64,000 nucleotides of DNA from an uncultured Nitrospiraceae bacterium (lineage in GTDB: Bacteria > Nitrospirota > Thermodesulfovibrionia > Thermodesulfovibrionales > Dissulfurispiraceae), in NCBI GenBank assembly GCA_963705105.1, contig CAVPIW010000005.1, positions 352,001 through 416,000 of the forward strand. The letters are read 5' to 3'. The notes below the pieces were generated by a model. The model worked only from the letters and a program-made list of their open reading frames with translations, was not told the origin of the DNA and did no database searches. The stretch's first letter is position 1. Each line of letters starts with the position of its first letter. This document shows, in pieces, positions 59,107 to 64,000 of this stretch. Made by a program: the position numbers and the translations under genes.

Positions 59107-60125
59107 TTCTTCGCCTCCTTCACCGCTTTTCTCGCACCGAACACGTGGCTCCTGAAAGCCCTGTCGATGAGGGGGGCAAAGCAGTTCATGATGAGGATGG
59201 CGAACATGACGCCTTCGGGGTAGCCTCCCTTGAGCCTGATGATCATCGTGAGAAAACCGCAGCCGACACCGTAGACGATCTGTCCCTTCTTGACGGAGGG
59301 GCTCGTGACGTAGTCCGTCGCCATATAGAGGGAGCCGAGGATCATGCCTCCGCTCAGCAGGTGGATGATCGGGTCACCGGCGAAAAAGGCCCCCTTGGCG
59401 CCGAAAATCCATGCGATGACCGCCGCTGTCCCGAGGAAGGACACCGGGGTGTGCCAGGTGATGTAGCCTCTGTAAAACAGGAAGAGGGCGCCGATGATGA
59501 GCGCCAGTCCCGAGGTCTCACCGATCGACCCCGCCCTGTGTCCCATCAGGAGTTGGGTATACAGGTTCAGCTTGTCGCCGAAAATCTCCATGAGTTTTAC
59601 CAGCCCTTCTTCCTTCAGGATGCCGAGCGGTGTCGCCGTCGTCTTGGCGTCAAAAAGAAGAAATCCCGCTGTCGGCTCCTTGAAAATGGTCATGAGCTTC
59701 GGGAAGGAGATGAGGAGAAAGGCCCGTCCGATCAGTGCCGGGTTGAAGACATTGAAGCCGAGCCCACCGAAGAGCTGTTTCGTGATGATGACGGCAACGA
59801 AAGACCCAATGGCCGGGATGTAAAAGGGGACGGAGGGGGGCAGGTTCAGTCCGAGGAGCAGCCCCGTGAGAAAGGCGCTCCCGTCGGTGATGGAGATCTT
59901 CCTCTTGGTACCCCTCTGGAAGAGATACTCCGAAAGGACGGCGGTGACGATGGCGATCAGCACCGTGATGACGGCCCGGGGACCGAAGAAATATGCCCCC
60001 ATGACTGTTGCGGGCAGGAGCGCACCGTTGACGCTCCACATGATCCTCTCCGTCGTCTCTTCGCTCTTGACGTGAGGACTGACGGAAACGATTAAGGGGT
60101 ATTCCTCTTTTTTCAATACGGCCAT
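59103..60125 (-). CDS. rnfD: Rnf complex subunit D
   Basis: KQLFGGLG.N.FNPA, TTATPL, GSIGETS, MATDYVTSP. Confidence 0.94.
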   Translation of the reverse strand: MAVLKKEEYPLIVSVSPHVKSEETTERIMWSVNGALLPATVMGAYFFGPRAVITVLIAIVTAVLSEYLFQRGTKRKISITDGSAFLTGLLLGLNLPPSVPFYIPAIGSFVAVIITKQLFGGLGFNVFNPALIGRAFLLISFPKLMTIFKEPTAGFLLFDAKTTATPLGILKEEGLVKLMEIFGDKLNLYTQLLMGHRAGSIGETSGLALIIGALFLFYRGYITWHTPVSFLGTAAVIAWIFGAKGAFFAGDPIIHLLSGGMILGSLYMATDYVTSPSVKKGQIVYGVGCGFLTMIIRLKGGYPEGVMFAILIMNCFAPLIDRAFRSHVFGARKAVKEAKK

Positions 60126-60204
60126 ACTCGCTCCCCCGGCCGGGAATCGGCAAAGGCTTGTCCCCCGGCCCGATCATTCAGATATGGTATGCCCCGGCGC
60201 GCGA

Positions 60205-61512
60205 TCATGGCTTGACCAGCGATTTCGAGAGCCTGACCAGCTGGACGATCGGCCTTTTCGAAGGGCAGACATAGGTACAGGAACCGCATTCGAAGCAGTC
60301 GAAGAGATTGTATTCCTTCGCCTCTTCATGGAATCCCTTTTCCGAATAGACGCTCAGCATCGACGGCATGAGCCCCATCGGGCAGATGTCGATGCACCGG
60401 CCGCACCGGATGCAGGGTCCGAAGTCCTCGGCGTGCAGGATCCCCTCTTCCGGCAGAACGAGGATGCCCGATGTGCCCTTCGTGACGGCCACATCGAGTG
60501 CGGAGAGGGCAAACCCCATCATGGGTCCTCCCGACACCACCTTCGCGATCTCCGAGGAAAACCCGCCGCACTCCTCGATGAGGTCCGACACGAGGGTGCC
60601 GATCTTGACGAGGAGGTTGCCCGGCTCCTTGATCCCCTCACCGGTCACGGTGACGACCCTCTCGATGAGGGGCTTTCCGTACCGCGCCGCTTCGAAGGTC
60701 GCGATCGCCGTCCCCACATTCTGGACGACGACGCCCACATCCATGGGAAGCCCCCTGGCCGGGACTTCACGGTCGATCAGGGACTTGATCAGCATTTTTT
60801 CGGCGCCCTGCGGATACTTCACCTCCACGCCGCAAACTTCGATGGAGGGCTCGCCCGATCCCGCCTGTTTCAGCGCCGCCACGGCGTCGGGCTTGTTGTT
60901 CTCGATGCCGATGTAGCCCTTCGCGACGCCGAGGATTTTCATGAGTATCTTCAATCCCTCGATGACCTCTCCCGGCCTCTCGACCATCATCCTGTGGTCG
61001 GCGGTCAGATAAGGCTCACACTCCGCGCCGTTGATGATAACGACATCGATGGGCTTTTCCTTGGGGGGGGAGAGCTTGACATGAGTGGGGAAAGCGGCGC
61101 CTCCCATGCCGACGATGCCGGCATTCTTCACCTTTTCCCTCAGCTCCTCAGGCGTCAGCTTCGCGTAGTCCGGGTTGTCCTTCAGCGAGGTCCACTCCTC
61201 ATTGCCGTCGTTTTCGATGACAATCGACGTCACGAGCCTTCCCGTTGCGAGGGGGAAATCGCCGATCGCAATGACCTTGCCCGAGACGGATGAATGGACG
61301 GGCGCCGACACAAAACCCTCGGGAGTCCCGATCATTTCCCCCTTTTTCACTTCCTGCCCTATGGCAACAGCGGCCTTGCAGGGGGCTCCTATATGCTGGA
61401 CGAGGGGTATGACGACGCGCTTCGGCGGCTTCGTCGGCGTGATGGGCCTGTCTTTGGAAAGTTCCTTTTTATCCGGAGGGTGAATCCCTCCTTTGAATGT
61501 ACCAAGGGCCAT
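60205..61512 (-). CDS. rnfC: Rnf complex subunit C
   Basis: FKGGIHP, GMGGAAFPT, NGAECEPY, YPQGAEK, two 4Fe-4S motifs. Confidence 0.95.
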   Translation of the reverse strand: MALGTFKGGIHPPDKKELSKDRPITPTKPPKRVVIPLVQHIGAPCKAAVAIGQEVKKGEMIGTPEGFVSAPVHSSVSGKVIAIGDFPLATGRLVTSIVIENDGNEEWTSLKDNPDYAKLTPEELREKVKNAGIVGMGGAAFPTHVKLSPPKEKPIDVVIINGAECEPYLTADHRMMVERPGEVIEGLKILMKILGVAKGYIGIENNKPDAVAALKQAGSGEPSIEVCGVEVKYPQGAEKMLIKSLIDREVPARGLPMDVGVVVQNVGTAIATFEAARYGKPLIERVVTVTGEGIKEPGNLLVKIGTLVSDLIEECGGFSSEIAKVVSGGPMMGFALSALDVAVTKGTSGILVLPEEGILHAEDFGPCIRCGRCIDICPMGLMPSMLSVYSEKGFHEEAKEYNLFDCFECGSCTYVCPSKRPIVQLVRLSKSLVKP

Positions 61513-61681
61513 TGATTCGTCCTCCCGAAATTTCGGAAAAAGCATTTATAAATACCATTATCAAGTGCGGAAAGTCAAACAAGACAGGAGGCGGGACGGG
61601 GTCTGCCGGGTCCCGGGAAAAGGCGGTCTTCGTTGACAGGACGGCCGCTCATCCGATAGAGTACAACTCAGAGTGCCTCCC

Positions 61682-62779
61682 ATGCCTACACTATACGAAC
61701 TGCTGAAACTCATGATCGACCGGGGCGCGTCGGACCTGCACCTCACCACCGGCAGTCCGCCGAGGCTGAGAGTGACAGGCAAACTCGTCTCCCTTGAGAA
61801 CTTCCCGTCCCTGAGCCCCGACGACACGAGGGAACTCTGTATGAGTGTGCTGACGGAAGCGCAGAAGGCGGCTTTCGAGCAGCATAACGAACTCGACTTC
61901 TCCTTCGGCATCATGGGTTTGAGCAGATTCAGGGCGAACATCTTCATACAGAGGGGCACCGTCGCAGGCGCCTTCAGGTCGATCCCCTTCAAGATCAAAA
62001 CGTTCAAAGACCTTGGGCTCCCGAAAATCGTCGAGGACCTGATCCGGAAACCCCACGGTCTCATCCTCGTCACGGGACCGACAGGCAGCGGCAAGTCGAC
62101 GACGCTCGCATCGCTCATCGACAGGATCAACACGGAGCGCGAGGCGCACATCCTGACCATAGAGGATCCCATCGAGTTCCTTCACAGTCATAAGAAGTGC
62201 ATCATCAACCAGCGGGAGATAAACTCCGACACCTTCTCCTTTCAGAACGCCCTGCAGTATATACTGCGGCAGGACCCGGACGTCGTCATGATCGGCGAGA
62301 TGCAGGAGCTCAGGACGATCGAGGCCGCCATAACGGTGTCCGAGACGAGACACCTGACCCTCGGCACACTCCATACGAATACGGCCCTCCAGACGATCGT
62401 CCGGATCATCGACGCCTTCCCCGTCCATCATCAGGAACAGGCCCGCATCCAGCTCTCGGCGGTCATCGAGGGCATCCTGTCACAGCAGCTCATCCCGAGA
62501 CAGGATGGAGAAGGCAGGGTGCTGGCGCTCGAGATCCTCATCCCCACTCCTGCCATCCGGAACCTCATCAGGGAAGACAAGCTCTCGCAGATCTATTCGA
62601 TCATGCAGGCCGGCCACGGGAGGTCGGGCATGAAAACGATGAACCAGTCCCTCCACGAGCTCCACAGCCAGGGCCTCATCTCCTATGACGAAGCCATCAC
62701 CCACTCCCCGGCGCCGGAGGAGATGGCCCAGATCCTTACCCGCGGCACGACACAGAGCGCCCTCCGTTTTCCGCGATAG
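61682..62779 (+). CDS. pilT: Type IV pilus retraction ATPase, PilT family
   Basis: ASDLHL, GPTGSGKST, TIEDPIE, LRQDPD, GTLHT, AIRNLIRE. Confidence 0.9.
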   Translation: MPTLYELLKLMIDRGASDLHLTTGSPPRLRVTGKLVSLENFPSLSPDDTRELCMSVLTEAQKAAFEQHNELDFSFGIMGLSRFRANIFIQRGTVAGAFRSIPFKIKTFKDLGLPKIVEDLIRKPHGLILVTGPTGSGKSTTLASLIDRINTEREAHILTIEDPIEFLHSHKKCIINQREINSDTFSFQNALQYILRQDPDVVMIGEMQELRTIEAAITVSETRHLTLGTLHTNTALQTIVRIIDAFPVHHQEQARIQLSAVIEGILSQQLIPRQDGEGRVLALEILIPTPAIRNLIREDKLSQIYSIMQAGHGRSGMKTMNQSLHELHSQGLISYDEAITHSPAPEEMAQILTRGTTQSALRFPR

Positions 62780-63155
62780 AAGCGGAAAGGGGGATGGCGC
62801 CCCCCGGACTCGTACTACCCCCGTTCCAACCTGTCCCCATTTCTTGAAGTACTCCGGGGTGCCCCTCGCCGTCATCTTCAACTCAACACTTTTCCATGAC
62901 GAAACGGGCAAACGGCGCACCTGCAATAAACAAGACCTGCCCCCGTTTTAGCTGCGCGGAATAACTCAGTTCAGCGTGAGTGCTCTCACGAGACGGACTC
63001 TCTTGTAACGCATTGAATTAACGACATAATACCAGGCTCACCATCACATCCCGGGATTTCCGTGTATGTCTGACGATACAAACATCTTTACAGGGGCCGG
63101 CGAAAGAAGGAGAATACTGATTAAATATCAGATAGATGGCGAATCCTTGGTAATA

Positions 63156-63170
63156 TGGTATCGTTCTTGC
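63156..63170 (+). promoter_or_regulatory. Possible sigma-54 promoter
   Basis: TGGTATCGTTCTTGC, GG-N10-GC, in an AT-rich intergenic region upstream of the response regulator. Confidence 0.5.
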
Positions 63171-63408
63171 GTTTAAATTGGCTCGCAAAGTGCGTCGTTA
63201 GCAACCGCCGAGGGATCCGCAATTCATGTGTGCTGCAGGAGGAGGTGACGGGGGTCAGGTCGGTGGGACCTGGAGCGGAGGCAGGTTGAAGGTCTCACAG
63301 ACCTCTTGGGAGATCTGACGGGTTCCCGAGCGTCCTTGATGCCGTTTTCTTCGAAAGGAGGTGGGTGCGTCCGGATCGGTACCGCCTCCAAAAAAAAGGG
63401 GAATAGAT

Positions 63409-64000
63409 ATGCGAATCCTGATTGTAGAAGACGATAAGATGATCGCCTCCTTTATTGCACACGGTTTTCGGCAAGCGGCTTTTGCCGTGGATGTTGCGAC
63501 CGACGGTGAGGAGGGCCTGTTATGGGCCGTCAGAGGGCACTACGACGCGGCAGTCATCGATATCATGCTGCCCAAACTGGACGGTCTCGGTCTTATCGAA
63601 GAACTCCGGCGGCAAAAGGTTACGACACCCGTGATCATCGTGAGCGGCAAGCATTCAGTAGACGACAGGGTGAGGGGCCTTCAAACCGGGGGTGACGACT
63701 ACCTGACGAAACCATTCGCCTTTTCTGAACTTCTGGCGCGGGTGCATGCGCTTATCCGCAGGGCCGCCGGCAATGTTGATGCCGCTGCTGTGACAGCGGG
63801 GGACATCTCCCTGAACCTTTTCACGCGGGAGGTTATCCGGGCAGGAAGGAAGATCGAGATGCAGCATCGGGAGTTGACCCTGCTCGAATACCTGATGCGC
63901 AATGCCGGAAGGGTCGTATCCAAGACCATGATCCTGGACCAGGTGTGGGGCTATAACTTCGACCCGCAGACTAATGTCGTTGATGTATTGGTCTGCAGAT
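63409..64000 (+). CDS. OmpR-family response regulator (truncated by window end)
   Basis: Own translation MRILIVEDD...DIMLPKLDG...GGDDYLTKPF...LLEYLMRNAGRVVSKTMILDQVW. Confidence 0.92.
   Translation, partial: MRILIVEDDKMIASFIAHGFRQAAFAVDVATDGEEGLLWAVRGHYDAAVIDIMLPKLDGLGLIEELRRQKVTTPVIIVSGKHSVDDRVRGLQTGGDDYLTKPFAFSELLARVHALIRRAAGNVDAAAVTAGDISLNLFTREVIRAGRKIEMQHRELTLLEYLMRNAGRVVSKTMILDQVWGYNFDPQTNVVDVLVCR

Noticed and set aside
63357..63398. Hairpin plus A8 as a terminator
   Set aside because: The A-run lies 3' of the stem on the plus strand, so neither strand has a U-tract after the hairpin
1..64000. tRNA, rRNA, integrase, transposase or prophage genes
   Set aside because: No recognisable sequence or motifs seen by eye; a tRNAscan/Infernal run would be needed to exclude small RNAs fully

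Overview
GC-rich chromosomal DNA from an anaerobic Gram-negative bacterium. The gene content resembles Nitrospirota (Thermodesulfovibrionia) or Desulfobacterota; this taxonomy is inference. Bases 1-32.4 kb are an almost entirely minus-strand accessory cluster. It holds glycogen/glucoside enzymes, a patatin lipoprotein, two YSC84/SYLF proteins, three outer-membrane barrels, a tetraheme flavocytochrome c, a frameshifted RND pump, an exported rhodanese, SulP and a CoA-disulfide reductase-rhodanese. The cluster is headed by a sigma-54 promoter, with a vapBC pair and a GAF-PAS sigma-54 activator next to it. Bases 37-64 kb are mostly housekeeping: nth, HU, rel, murA, mltD, rnfCDGEAB, a pilT-like gene and a truncated response regulator. 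No rRNA, tRNA, CRISPR array, integrase or transposase was found. The most unusual signal is non-coding. About ten intergenic loci carry members of a nested, modular palindromic repeat system: a ~220-bp inverted-repeat element, an outer shell element, an inner IR module, (ACACTG)n and (AAGTCATT)n cores, and a 57-bp tandem array. The stems show compensatory substitutions and strand-specific G-T pairs, and several element ends coincide with TAA stop codons.
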